Shown here: positions 1 through 12,684 of the stretch, piece by piece
How the letters are laid out: every line of letters starts with the position of its first letter
Numbering within the stretch: the stretch's first letter is position 1
Assembly (NCBI RefSeq): GCF_963921235.1
Contig: NC_086097.1
Coordinates: forward strand, 238,144,001-238,208,000
DNA from: Mobula hypostoma
Lineage: Eukaryota
Direction of reading: 5' to 3'
DNA length: 64,000 bases
Notes under the pieces: model-generated
Seen by the model: the letters and a program-made list of their open reading frames with translations, nothing else
The model's database searches: none
Told to the model about the DNA's origin: nothing
Program-made: the position numbers and the translations under genes

Positions 1-350
1 GTGAAAAGGATGTTTAAGGATGTTTCCCATGGTGGGTGAGTCTAGGACAGGAGGCCACAGCCTCGGGATAGAGGGGCGTCCATTTAAAACAGAGATGTGT
101 AGAAATTTCTTTAGCCAGAAGGTTGTGGATTTATTACCACAGACAGCTGTGGAGGCCAAGTTGTTGGGTGCGTTTAAGAAAATGCTTGATAGGTTGATTG
201 GATACGGCATCAAAGGTTACGGAGAAAAGGCTGAGGAGAATCCGTGAAGTGGAGCTGAGGAGGGAAAAAAGTATCAACCATGATTGAATGGTGGATCAGA
301 CTCTATGGGCCAAATGGCCTAATTCTGCTCCTATGTCTTATGGTCTTATG
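1..350 (+). mobile_element. CR1 LINE 3' end
   Basis: ORF2 C-terminus MFPMVGESRTGGHSLGIEGRPFKTE...FFSQKVV, then the 3' UTR gggccaaatggcctaattctgctcctatgtcttatggtcttatgg. Confidence 0.8.
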
Positions 351-964
351 GAAACAAAGACAAAATAAGTTCAGAGAAAAACAATTACCACCACTACTCC
401 TGCAACGTGCAAAAAAAAACCAAATCGCTAAAATGGCAAAAAAAAAGAGCGAAAAAACACATTATAAAACCCCAAATCACAAGTCATTGAAACAACCCAG
501 GCATTTTCAGTTCAGCTCAATCCAGTGCAATGTTGTTTGTTAACTTCAGGCTGCAAAGCCAGTCTGTCCCATTCAAAAATTGCGCAAATAGCAACAAAAT
601 AGGAGTAACCAGAAACCAGAAACGCATGATAACATAAACTATAGAGTCCAATACACAAACCACATTGATTAAACCATGCCCAAGACCTAGGATTCCAGCT
701 CCATCCTCTGGCAGCATCAAGGGAGGGGTGGAAGGAGAGGGAGTGGAAGGCGAGGGAGTGGGAGAGGGAGAGAGAGAGTGGGAGAGGGAGAGAGAGAGTC
801 GGAGAGACCATTTGAATGTTGGGACTTCCTTGTAGCAGCAGCGAGTGAGAACGAGAGCGTGACTGGTCACCCACAGGTAGACAGTGATAAATACCCACTT
901 GGCTTTCACTCTTGTCCTCAATCTTTCTCAAGGCTTTAATCAGCGAGATCAGTGAAAAATGGAG

Positions 965-2970
965 CCATAGAGTCATATAGAGAAGTACAGCACAGAAACA
1001 GGCCATTCAGCCCATTTAGTCCATGCCAAAACCATTTAAACTGCCTACTCCCATTGACATGCAGTGGGACCATAGTCCTCCATACCCCTACTACCCATGT
1101 ACCTATCCAAACTTCTCTCAAATGATGAAATCAAGCTCGCATGCACTACATGCGCTGGCAGATCATTCCACACTCTCACAACCCTCTGGTTGCAGGTTTC
1201 CCCAAATATTCCCTTTAAAAATCTCACATTTTGCCCTTAACCTGCTTACATTTACCCTATCAATACCCTTCATAATTTTGTATACCTCGATCAAATCTTC
1301 TCTCAATCTTCTACGTTCTAAAGAATACAGTCCTAACCTACTCAATATTTCCTTATAACTCAGGTCCTCCAGACCCAGCAATAACCTTGTAAATTTTTTT
1401 TGCACTCTTTCAGACTTCTTGCATCTTTCCTGTAGGTAGGTGACCAGAACTGCACATAATACTCCAAATTAAGCCTCACCAACGTCTTATGCAATTCAAC
1501 ATAACATCTGATTTATTAAGGCCAGTGTGCCAAAAGCTTTCTTTATGACCCTATCTATCTGTGCCACCACTTTCAGCAAAATATGTACCTGTATTCCCAG
1601 ATTCCTCTCCCACACTCCTCAATCCTGTATTGTTCACTGTGTAAGACCTACCCTGGTTGTTCCAACCAAAGTGCAAAACCTTGCACCTGTTTGCATTAAA
1701 TTCCATCTGCCATTTCTCAGCACATTTTTCCTGCTGATGCAGATCCCACTAAAAGCCACGATAGCATTCCTCACTGTCTACTACACTTCATTCTTGGTGT
1801 CATCTGCAAATTTGCTGATCCAATTAACCACATTGTCATCCAGATCCTTGATAATGGATAACAAGCAACAAAGACCCAGCACAGATCCCTGTGGTACATC
1901 ACTAGTCACAGGCCTCCAGTCAGTGAGGAAACCATCTACTACCACTCTCCGTCTTCTCCCACAAAGCCAACGTCTAATCCAATTTACTTTCTCACCCTGA
2001 ATGCCGATCAGCTGAACTTTCTTGACCAGTCTCCCATGCAGGACCTTGTCAAATGCCTTGCTAAAGTCCATCCACTGCCTTGCCTTCATCCACTTTCCTT
2101 TTAACTTCCTTGAACAATTCTATAAGATTGGTTAGATATGATCTACCACACAAGAGCCATGCTGACTATCCTTAATCAGTCCACGTCTATCCAACTACTT
2201 ACATATCCAGTCCAATAACTTTCCAATAACTTTCCCAGGACTGATTTCGGATTCACTGGCGTATAATTTCCTGATTTCTGTTTGGAACCTTTTTTTAAAA
2301 AAGTGGGGCAACACTGGCTATCCTCCTTTCCTCTGGTATCTCTCATGTCACTAAGGATGTTTTAAATATCTCTGCTAGAGCCCCAGAAATTTCTGCACAT
2401 GGCTCCCTAGGGTCCAAGGGAACACCATGTCAGGCCCCAGGGTAGCAAACACCTCCTCCTCTGTAATCTGCATGGGGTCCATGAAGTTGATGCCATTTTG
2501 TCTCGTTTCTATAGACTCTGTTTCCATTTCCCGAAAAAGTACAGATACAAAGAATGCATTTAAGATTTCCCCCATCTGTTTTGGGTCAACACGTGGATTA
2601 CCATTCTGATCTTCCAGTGGACTAATTTTGTCTGTAGCAATCCTTTTGCTCTTAACATATCTGTAGCATTCCTTCAGATTCACCTTCACCTTGTCTGCTA
2701 GAATGACTTCATGCCTCTTTTAGCCTTCCTGATTTCTTTCTTAAGTGTTCTCTTGCAATTCATGTACCTGTATTCCCACCTAATTTGTTCCTACTTGCCA
2801 ATACCTGCTAATGCACTTTCTTTTTTTTCTTAGCTAGGGCCTCAATATCTCTTGAAAACTAAGGTTCCCTACACTTGCTATCTTTATCTTTTATTCCAAC
2901 AAGCACATACAAACATTATACTCTCACAATTTTTTTTTTGAAGGCCTTCCACTTTCTAACTATGCCTTTG
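965..2970 (-). mobile_element. Decayed CR1 LINE (RT to 3' end, with deletions)
   Basis: Minus ORFs DFSKAFDKV, VPQGSVLG, SKFADDTK and LGLYSLERRRLREDLIEVYKI; tail at about 965-1020. Confidence 0.85.
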
Positions 2971-3322
2971 CCAGAGTCAATCATGGACTCACACCCCGTT
3001 TCTAAGCCTCTTGGCTTCCAGGCCACACACTTTGCTCAACGCCTCATCGAACCCCCTTGGAGACAGTAAAGCACCAGATTACTCAATTGGCCCAAAAGCG
3101 CACCATCAAATTATAGATCACAGGCTCTAACAGACTTTAGATTCAACGTCTCAATTCAAACACAGCAAGATGCCGGGAGAAGGAATGGTAAAGAAATCCA
3201 AAAAGTGGCTGGAAAGCTACAAAATGGAGGTGAGAAGCATAACTTTGAAACAAATGTGTAATATACTCCGAAGAAGTGAATAGTATATGTTGCTCTTCAA
3301 ATTGAATCATAACTAGGAGGAT

Positions 3323-3815
3323 AGAAACATAGAAACATAGAAAATAGGTGCAGGAGTAGGCCATTCGGCCCTTCGAGCCTGCACTGCCATCCAGTATGAT
3401 CATGGCTGATCATCCAACTCAGAACCCTGTACCTTCCTTCTCTCTATACCCCTGATCCCTTTAGTCGCAAGGGCCATATCTAACTCCCTCTTAAATATAG
3501 CCAATGAACTGGCCTCAACTGTTTCCTGTGGCAGAGAATTCCACAGATTCACCACTCTCTGTGTGAAGAAGTTTTTCCTAATCTCGGTCCTAAAAGGCTT
3601 CCCCTTTATCCTTAAACTGTGACCCCTCGTTTTGGACTTCCCCAACATCAGGAACAATCTTCCTGCATCTAGCCTGTCCAATCCCTTTAGAATTTTATAC
3701 GTTTCAATAAGATTCCCCGCTCAATCTTCCAAATTCCGGCGAGTATAAGCCTAATCGATCCAGTCTTTCTTCGTATGAAAGTCCTGCCATCCCTGGAATC
3801 AATCTGGTGAACCTT
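3323..3815 (-). mobile_element. CR1 LINE 3' end with (ATAGAAAC)n-type tail
   Basis: TRGHSLRIKGKPFRTEIRKNFFTQRVVNLWNSLP; tail repeat at about 3321-3345. Confidence 0.85.
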
Positions 3816-4064
3816 CTTTCATGAGAGGATGAGAGGTGACTTGATAGAGATGTACAAGACGATAAGAGACATAGATCGAGAGGACAGCCAGAGACTTTTT
3901 CCAGGACAGAAATGGCTAATACCAGAGGGCATACATTTAAGATGATTGGAAGAATGGGGGGAGGGGGATATCCAAAGTAAGATTTTTTACACAGGAAGTG
4001 GTGAATGCGTGGAACACCCTGCCAGGGATGACAGTAGTAGTAGATACGTGAGGGGCATTTCCAA

Positions 4065-4575
4065 TATGTCAGTCCATGGCCTACTCTTGTGCCAAGGTGA
4101 GACCACACTCAGGGTGGAGGAGTATATTCCATCTGGGTAGCCTCCAACCTGATGGTATGAATGTTGATTTCTCCTTCTGGTAAAAAAATAATTTCCCTTC
4201 CCTTCCCCTCTTTTTCTATTCCCCACTTTGGCCTTCTCCCTCTTCTCACTTGCCTAACACTCCCCCCAGATCCCCTCCTTTTGCCCTTTCTCCTGTGGTC
4301 CACTGTCCACACCTATCAGATTCCTTCCTCTCCAGCCCTTGACCTTTCCTTCCCACTTGGCTTCATCTATCACCTTCCAGCTATCCTCCTTACAGTACCC
4401 CCACCTTTTCACTCTGGCATCTTCCCCACTTCCTTTCCAGTCCTGAAGAAAGGTCTTGACTTGAAACATCTGCTGTTTGTTTATTTCCATAGACGCTGCC
4501 TGATCTGCTGAATTCCTCCAGCATTTTACGGGTGTTGCTTTGGATTTCCAGCATCTGCAGATTTTCTCGTGTTTG
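4065..4575 (+). mobile_element. Older PLE 3' fragment
   Basis: End of GIY-YIG (ctgggtagcctccaacctgatgg), pyrimidine-rich 3' region, degenerate hammerhead at about 4439-4474, and a gctgcctgatctgctgaattcctccagca terminus. Confidence 0.7.
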
Positions 4576-4984
4576 TCATTTAAGATATTCTTTTATAGGC
4601 TTATGGATAATACAAAAATGGAGAGCTGTGCAGGAGGGAAGGGTTAGATCAATCTTAGAGTAGGTTAAAAGATCATGGGCTGGAAGTGCTGCCATGTTCG
4701 ATGATCTAACTAAAAGAGGTTCAAGGAGGTTCAAAATTAATTTCTGCACGTTACGAAAGGCTGCAGAACAACAGATGAAGCAAATGCAATGTGAATTGTG
4801 ACATGCATGCATACATCGGTGAACATCATAATTACACCCTACCATGCTTTTATTAGAACACATCCTGAACACATATTTAGATACACATACAACAGGAATT
4901 CTGCAGATGCTGGAAATTCAAGCGACACACATCAAAGTTGCTGGTGAACGCAGCAGGCCAGGCAGCATCTCTAGGACGGTGTAC

Positions 4985-5020
4985 AGTCGACGTTTCAGGC
5001 CGAGACCTTTCGTCAGGACT
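4985..5020 (-). ncRNA. Minimal type I hammerhead ribozyme motif (PLE-associated), intact core
   Basis: Minus strand reads AGTC-CTGACGA-AAGGTCTCGGCCT-GAAA-CG-TC-GACT: helix I AGTC/GACT, core CUGANGA and GAAA, helix II AGG/CCT, palindromic ACGT at helix III and a UC cleavage site. Confidence 0.75.
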
Positions 5021-5559
5021 AACTGAAGGAAGAGTTAGTAAGAGATTTGAAAGTGGGAGGGGGAGGGGGAGATCCAAAATGATAGGAGAAGACAGGAGGG
5101 GGAGGGATGGAGCCAAGAGCTGGACAGGTGATTGGCAAAGGGGATATGAGAGGATCATGGGACAGGAGGCCCAGGGAGAATGACAAGTGGGGGGGAGGAC
5201 GCAGAGGATGGGCAAGAGGTATAGTCAGAGGGACAGAGGGAGAAAAAGGAGAGTGAGAGAAAGAATGTGTGTATAAAAATAAATAATGGATGGGGTACGA
5301 GGGGGAGGTGGGGCATTAGCGGAAGTTAGAGAAGTCAATGTTCATGCCATCAGGTTGGAGGCTACCCAGACGGAATATAAGGTGTTGTTCCTCCAACCTG
5401 AGTGTGGCTTCATCTTTACAGAAGAGGAGGCCATGGATAGACATGTCAGAATGGGAATGGGATGTGGAATAAAATGTGTGGTGAAAGTTGGAGGCAAAGT
5501 TAATAAAGTCAACGAGCTCAGCATGCACGCGGCAAAGTTAATAAAGTCAACGAGCTCAG

Positions 5560-6564
5560 CTACATCGACGACTGCGTTGGCGCTGCTTCCTGCACGCATG
5601 CTGAGCTCGTTGACTTTATTAACTTTGCCTCCAACTTTCACCCTACCCTCAAGTTTACCTGGTCCCTTTCCGACACCTCCCGCCCCTTTCTTGATCTTTC
5701 TGTCTCTATCTCTGGAGACAGCTTATCCACTGATGTCTACTATCAGCCTACGGACTCTCACAGCTATCTGGACTATTCCTCTTCTCACCCTGTCTCTTGC
5801 AAAAATGCATCCCCTTCTCGCAATTCCTCCGTCTCTGCCGCATCTGCTTTCAGGATGAGGCTTTAAATTCCAGGATGAGGGAGATGTCCTCCTTTTTTAA
5901 AGAAAGGGGCTTCCCTTCCTCGACCATCAACTCTGCTCTCAAACGCATCTCCCTCATTTCACGCACATCTGCTCTCACTCCATCCTCCCGCCACCCCACT
6001 AGGAATAGGGTTCCCCTTGTCCTCACCGACCACCCCACCAGCCTCCGGGTCCAACATATTATTCTCCGTAACTTCCGCCACCTCCAACGGGATCCCACCA
6101 CTAAGCACATCTTTCCCTCCCCCCACTCTGCTTTCCACTCCCTTGTCCATTCGTCCCCCCCATCCCTCCCCACTGATCTCCCTCCTGGCACTTATCCTCG
6201 TAAGCGGAACAAGTGCTACACATGCCCTTACACTTCCTCCCTTACCACCATTCAGGGCCCCAGACAGTCCTTCCAGGTGAGGCGACACTTCACCTGTGAG
6301 TCGGCTGGGGTGATATACTGCGTCCGGTGCTCCCGATGTGGCCTTCTATATATTGGCGAGACCCGACGCAGACTGGGAGACTGCTTTGCTGAACACCTAC
6401 GCTCTGTCCGCCAGAGAAAGCAGGATCTCCCAGTGGCCACACATTTTAATTCCACATCCCATTCCCATTCTGACATGTCTATCCACGGCCTCCTCTACTG
6501 TAAAGATGAAGCCATACTCAGGTTGGAGGAACAACACCTTATATTCTGTCTGGGTAGCCTCTAA
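5560..6564 (+). pseudogene. PLE reverse transcriptase C-terminal part and GIY-YIG endonuclease (frameshifted)
   Basis: YIDDCVGAASCTHAELVDFINFASNFHPTLKFTW from about 5561. ORF 5797-6564 contains IPFSQFLRL, KCYTCP and GVIYCVRCSRCGLLYIGETRRRL...EH (GIY-YIG). Confidence 0.85.
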
Positions 6565-6889
6565 CCTGATGGCATGAATATTGACTTCTCTAACTTCCGC
6601 TAATGCCCCAACTCCCCCTCGTACCCCATCCGTTATTTATTTTTATACACACATTCTTTCTCTCACTCTCCTTTTTCCTCCCTCTGCCCCTCTGACTATA
6701 CCCCTTGCCCATCCTCTGTGTCCCCCCCCCATTCTTTCTCCCCGGACCTCCTGTCCCATGATCCTCTCATATCCCCTTTGCCAATCACCTGTCCAGCTCT
6801 TGGCTCCATCCCTCCCCCTCCTGTCTTCTCCTATCATTTTGGATCTCCCCCTCCCCCTCTCAAATCTGTTACTAACTCTTCCTTCAGTT

Positions 6890-6925
6890 AGTCCTGATGA
6901 AGGGTCTCGGCCTGAAATGTCGACT
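6890..6925 (+). ncRNA. Minimal hammerhead ribozyme motif (helix III ACGT mutated to ATGT)
   Basis: AGTC-CTGATGA-AGGGTCTCGGCCT-GAAA-TG-TC-GACT. Confidence 0.6.
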
Positions 6926-9196
6926 GTACCTCTTCCTGGAGATGCTGCCTGGCCTGCTGCGTTCACCAGCCACTTTGATGTGTGTTGTTTAGATACACAC
7001 ATTTTTTTTAGAAGTAAGATGCATGATGGAATTTGAAGTCACAGTGTCACTCAGGACAGTTGCGAAAGTCGGATCCTCAAGAGTAAAGCGACAAGGAAAC
7101 ACTGGAGAAATTGAGATTATTCACAACTAGAATCAAAGAGCCATAGAGCACTACATCAGAGAAACAGGCCCTTTGACCCATCTAGTCTGTGACGATCTTC
7201 TGGTCTTTTGATGAGGGCAGATAATAAATCAAGCATGATAGAAGGGCAGGGCAGATCGGTGAGCCAAATGACCACTACTGCGCCTATGTCTTATGGTCAT
7301 ATTATTAATCTGCCTAGTCCCATCGACCTGCACCAGGTCCATTCTCCTCCCATCCATGGAAGTACCCAAATTTCTCTTAAAATTTGAAATCAAACCTGAT
7401 CCACCATTTCAGCAGCCACTTTCTTTGTTTTGTGGATTTATGTGAGAATGCGAATGTCAGGTTGTGTACTGTATGCATACTCTGATATTAAATGTACCTT
7501 GAAACCTTGAACTCTTTCCACCTTCTGAGTTAAGAAGTTCTCCTTCAGGTTCCGATTAAACATTTCACCTTTCACCCTTAACCCACGACCTCTAGTTCTA
7601 GTCTCACCCGCCCTCAGTGGAAAAAGCTTGCACTTAACTCTATCTCTATCCCTCATTTTTTATCCCACTATTACATTTCCACTCATCCTGATAAAGTCCT
7701 AGCCAATTCAACCTTTCTCAAACACTCGGATCCTTAAGTTCCAGCAATATCCTTGTAAAAAGAAGCAAACAAGAAGGCAGAACATGGAAAAAGCTGTAGA
7801 TGTTTTAAATATTGTCACATAGCAACAATAAGGAATGGCAAACTTAGAATCAAAATGACCTGTTTATCCAATAGGAAAATACTAACTCAGGAGAAACCCT
7901 GGCTATATTATGAAAACACTATTACATATGTGGAGATAAGGAAGCACTTCTTGTGTGATCTTCCCCACATGTCTGATTTTGTTTTGCCCTGATAGCTACG
8001 CATGAATGCTTTTCTTCCTTAGTGCTGGACATCAATGAAAATACAGATGTTTTTCATGTACAGAATCAAAAAATGCAAAAAAATCACAAGAATATTTCTG
8101 TAGGATGATCAAAGGGTCCTTTCACTGTGATTATAAATTGAACTGCAGTACTGTGCAGAAGTCTGAGAGAGGTACTGTATATATAGTTGGGATTTCTGAG
8201 AACTTTGCGTAGTACTGTAGTTATTTTATGCTTTGCACTGTACTCCTGCATTTGTGAGTGAGGATTAACCTAATTCTGACGTGGTTCTCTGTTGTGGACT
8301 GAGAGTGGGAAGGGTCAGGGAGAGGAGAATCACGATAGGGAAAAGGGGAAGGGAGAAGGGAGGGAACAGGAAACACCAGAGAGACATTCTGGAATGATCA
8401 ATAAATCAATTGTTTGGAATAAAATTACCTTGCCTGGTGTCTCAAGGTGAGGTGTGTCTTTATACATGCCACCCTCCACCCCGGCATGCCTTCTCCGCCA
8501 CCTATCCCACATCCCTCCTGCGGCGCTCCACTCTTGCTATTGCCCTTTGCTCCCACCAGGTTTACAAACTCACTTGCTGCTTCACATTGACAAATGCAAT
8601 ATTGTGCAAAAGCCTTGAGCAGCACAGCTATAGACTATTGGACAGTACTGTATATGCAGGGTGTCCGAATCTGATGTCTTTTTTACACCAGCCCCGATGA
8701 ATGCTCTCCGCCCAAAACATTGACTGTTTTATTGCTCTCTATACATGCTGCCTGACCTGCTGAATTCTTCCAGCATTTTGTCTGTTTTACTCAGGATTTC
8801 CAGCAGCTGGAGCATCTCTTGTGTCCGATCTGATAAATTTTATCTTCCGCCTCCAAATTAATGATTCCCCTCCACAGACCACGAGAGGTTGAGTGTTATG
8901 TCTGTGCAAGTTGTACCTGGTATTCCATTGTAACTTTGTCGTAAAAATTAAAAGAAATATTGTTTTGTGCATTCTTTGTCATTTGCACTTTATCTGTGCT
9001 GAGGACATTCATGGTCCATAACTGACTGAGGACCCATCACTGAGAATTGACGCTGTGCAAATGTTAACTGAGTGATGCTGCAGAGAGACAAATTGAAATT
9101 AACTTTTGATTATTGGAACCTGTGAATTTCTGTTTCCTCCTACTACTGAACCCTTGCCAAAGAAATTTGCTCTCTTCAGATAGGAAATACTCCCAA

Positions 9197-10890
9197 GGGG
9201 GGAGGAGAAGATGGCAGCACGACGCAGCTCGCAGCGGTCACTCCGGTGGAGGTAAGCAATAGACAATAGACAATAGGTGCAGGAGTAGGCCATTCAGCCC
9301 TTCCAGCCAGCACCACCATTCACTGTGATCATGGCTGATCATCCACAATCAGTACCCTTTTCCTGCCTTATCCCCATATCCCTTCACTCTGCTATCTTTA
9401 AGAGCTCTATCTAACACTTTTTTGAAACAATCCAGAGAATTGGCCTCCACTGCCTTCTGAGGCAGAGCATTCCACAGAACCACAACCCTCTGTGTGAAAA
9501 GGTTTTTCCTCAACATTCTAAATTGTCTACTCCTTATTCTTAAACTGTAGCCTCTGGTTCTGGACTCCCCCAACATCGGGAACATGTTTCCTGCCTCTAG
9601 CATGTCCAATCCCTTAATAATCTTATATGTTTCAATCAGATCCCCTCTCATCCTTCTAAATTCCAGTGTATACAACCACAGTCGCTCCAATCTTTCAACA
9701 TATGACAGTCCCGCCATCCCAGAAATTAACCTCCCTGCACTACGCTGCACTCCCTCAATAGCTAGAATGTCCTTCCTCAAATTTGGAGACCAAAACTGTA
9801 CATAATACTCCAGGTGTGGTCTCACCAGGGCCCTGTACAACTGCAGAAGGACCTCTTTGCTCCTATACTCAACTCCCCTTGTTATGAAAGTCAACATGCC
9901 ATTAGCTTTCTTCACTGCCTGCTGTACCTGCATGCTTACTTTCAGTGACTGATGAACAAGGACACCTAGATCTCATTGTACTTCCCCTTTTCCTAACTTG
10001 ACACCATTCAGATAGTAATCTGCCTTCCTGTTCTTGCCACCAAAGTGGATAACCTCACATTTATCCACATTAAACTGCATTTGCCATGCATCTGCCCACT
10101 CACCCAACCTGTCCAAGTCACTCTGCATTCTCATAACACCCTTCTCACTGCCACCCAGCTTTGTGTCATCTGCAAATTTGCTAATGTTACTTTTAATCTC
10201 TTCATCTAAATCATTAATGTATATTGTAAATAGCTGCGGTCCCAGCACTGAGCCTTGCGGTACCCCACTAGTCACTGCCTGCCATTCTGAAAATGATGTC
10301 TGTTATCTGTCAAGTAGGGTGCTGTGCACAATCCTGATTTGATGGAGACAGACGTGAGAGCTCGGAGGAACACCTGGTGAAACTTCTGAAATGCCTGCTT
10401 CGCTGCTACTGTGTGATCCAGAATCTCTGTAGGGGAAGGCCCCAAGTCCTCGGCTTTGCTTGTTGCTCGGTGGCTGGGGCGATATCGAAGCGCTCGGCAG
10501 AGGATGGTGCTCAGTGCTCAGTGTCGGAGGCTCGAAGTTTTCAGACGGACTCAGAGTCGGCTGCAGTCGGGTGCTTCCAATGCATCGGCAAGTTTGTGGC
10601 GCTTGGAACTCATGACAGGGAGAGTTTCTCCCTTCTACCATCTGCGTGAGATGATGGGGCTATCGGGACTTGAGACATTTTTTTTTACTGTGCCCATGGT
10701 CTGCTCCTTATCAAATTACGGTATTGCTTTGCACTGTTATATGTTATAATTATGCGGTTTTGTCAGTTTTAGCCTTGGTTTATCCTGTGTTTCTGTGATA
10801 TCGTTCTGGAGGAACATTGTATCATTTTTTTAATGCATGCATTTCTAAATGACAATAAACAAGGACTGAGTGTCCTCATAATTGAATCTA
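9197..10890 (+). mobile_element. Non-coding retroposon, copy 1 (split by the CR1 at 9255-10292)
   Basis: Head GGAGGAGAAGATGGCAGC; body 10290-10890 is homologous to 17785-18363; ends aaatgacaataaa...cataattgaatct. Confidence 0.6.
9255..10292 (-). mobile_element. CR1 LINE 3' portion inserted in a non-autonomous retroposon
   Basis: TSGVPQGSVLGPQLFTIYINDLD..KFADDTKLGG and LYRALVRPHLEY..WSP; (CAATAGA)n tail at 9257-9276. Confidence 0.9.
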
Positions 10891-12162
10891 AAAAGTAACA
10901 GCCAGAAGATTCCCACTTCACCTGGAATGATCCTTTGAAGTACAGGTTGTGATGTATTTTGAGAGCTCTGTTACCCACGTAGACACAATCGAAAATTATA
11001 ATCAGAAGTTCAGACTGCATTTTATATTCTGCATTTTTATTTTGATGAAAATACATCAAAAATCCTCATAAATCCAAGAGAGATTCTGCAGATGCTGGAA
11101 ATCTTGAGCAATACACATAAATGCTGGAGGAACTCAGCAAGTCAGGCAACATTCATAAGGAGAATAAGCCAATGTTTTGAGCCAAGAACCTCTAACTGCT
11201 AAGTGGGGGAGGGAGAAATGCTATTTTCCTTTTGAGAAAATAAGATTTTTTAAATGTATTTTCAGAAGATGACTATCACATAAAGGAATTAAAAATTATG
11301 GAATTCCACATTACTATTTACATTTGTAACATTCTAAAATGTTGCTTTTTGCAATCTTTCAGGATTTTTAATTTTACATCGTTAGAATTCAATTAATTTT
11401 CCTTTGTTAAGAACATTCACCACTTACTGTCTGTTACAGAAACGTTCAGACATACATAAAGTACCTATAGTGCTCTATTCCACCCCTACAGCCCAACATT
11501 CCTGACAGATTTACAAACTCATCCTCAGCTCCACGTTGGCAAATACAGTACTGTGTAAAAGTCTTAGGCACCCTCGCTATACATATGGGCTTGAACTCCC
11601 ATTCCAACTACTCAGACTTTAATCATATGTTCAAGTTCGTTCAAGTTTAATTAACGTTCAACCATACACATGTATACGAATGAGTCCAACAGTGTTCCTC
11701 TGGGACTAAGGCGTAAGACAGAGGACATACGGTCACAAACAGCACACAGCACATATTGGGATGATAGCAGATACAGTCACAAAAAATAATATTGGTACAA
11801 GTCACTGAGTAGCATGGATGTTGCCCTGAAGACAAGTTCCTTATCTTGCCAAGGTTCAGCTGCAGCTAAATCAGCTTGCCCGAGCTGCTGCAAATGCAGT
11901 TAAACTTCTCTTCCTGCGAGCGAACACTGGAGAGTAGCACCAATGGGAGGAGACAGCCCTCACCCCAACAAGGATTCAAGCAAGCTCGCTGTGGCTCTGT
12001 CCTCTCCTACATTGCCTCCAGCATCTGAAACAGGTGATGCTGTGACATGAGGGCCTGATCCTCACAACAACCATGGCCATGCAGTTCTCCTGCTATCAGT
12101 CTCAGCAATGAACCAATGAACTGGACGCAATATGTTAACTAATACAGTATATTAACTATATA

Positions 12163-12684
12163 CAGTACTGTACAAAAGTCTTGGGCACATATATATAGCT
12201 AGGTTGCTTCAGACGTTTGCATAGTACTGTAATAATTTTATGTAATGCACTGTACTGTGGCAAAAAAAAAGCAGATTTCATGACAGATGACAAACATGAT
12301 TCTGATAATGGGTCTCTATTGTGGACTGACATTGGGAAGGGGCAGAGAGAGGGGAATCATGTTTGGGTAAAGGGGAAAGGAGAGCGGAGAGAGCAAGAAA
12401 CAAGAGAGAGACATTCTGTAATGGTCAATAAACCAAATGTTTGGAATCAAATGACTTGGCCTGGTGTCTCAGGGCTGGGTGTATCTGCTCCCAACCCATC
12501 ACTCCTCCTCTGCCACTTGTTCCACATCCCTCATGTGGTGCTCCACTCTCACCATTTCCAACATCCTTTGGCCCCGCCAGATTTACAAACTTGCTCTCCC
12601 CTCCACCTTAACAAATACAGGACTGTGCAAAAGACTTAGGCACCCGAGTTATGTTACATGCTTAAGACTTTTGCACAGTACTCT
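12163..12684. mobile_element. Tc1/mariner-like non-autonomous element
   Basis: Inverted termini CAGTACTGTACAAAAGTCTT...AAGACTTTTGCACAGTACT; a related copy lies at about 8146-8652. Confidence 0.6.

Larger units (their letters stand above)
4888..6987 (+). mobile_element. Penelope-like element: 5'-truncated copy preceded by an inverted copy of its 3' end (inverted pseudo-LTR arrangement)
   Basis: 12-bp direct repeat TTTAGATACACA at 4876-4887 and 6988-6999. 4888-5478 is the reverse complement of about 6445-6987, plus a short extension. RT and GIY-YIG coding remnants lie in between. Confidence 0.88.

Noticed and set aside
5490..5630. Repeated ~30-bp unit as a CRISPR-like array
   Set aside because: Eukaryotic context; the units are inverted re-copies of PLE RT coding sequence with no spacer structure.
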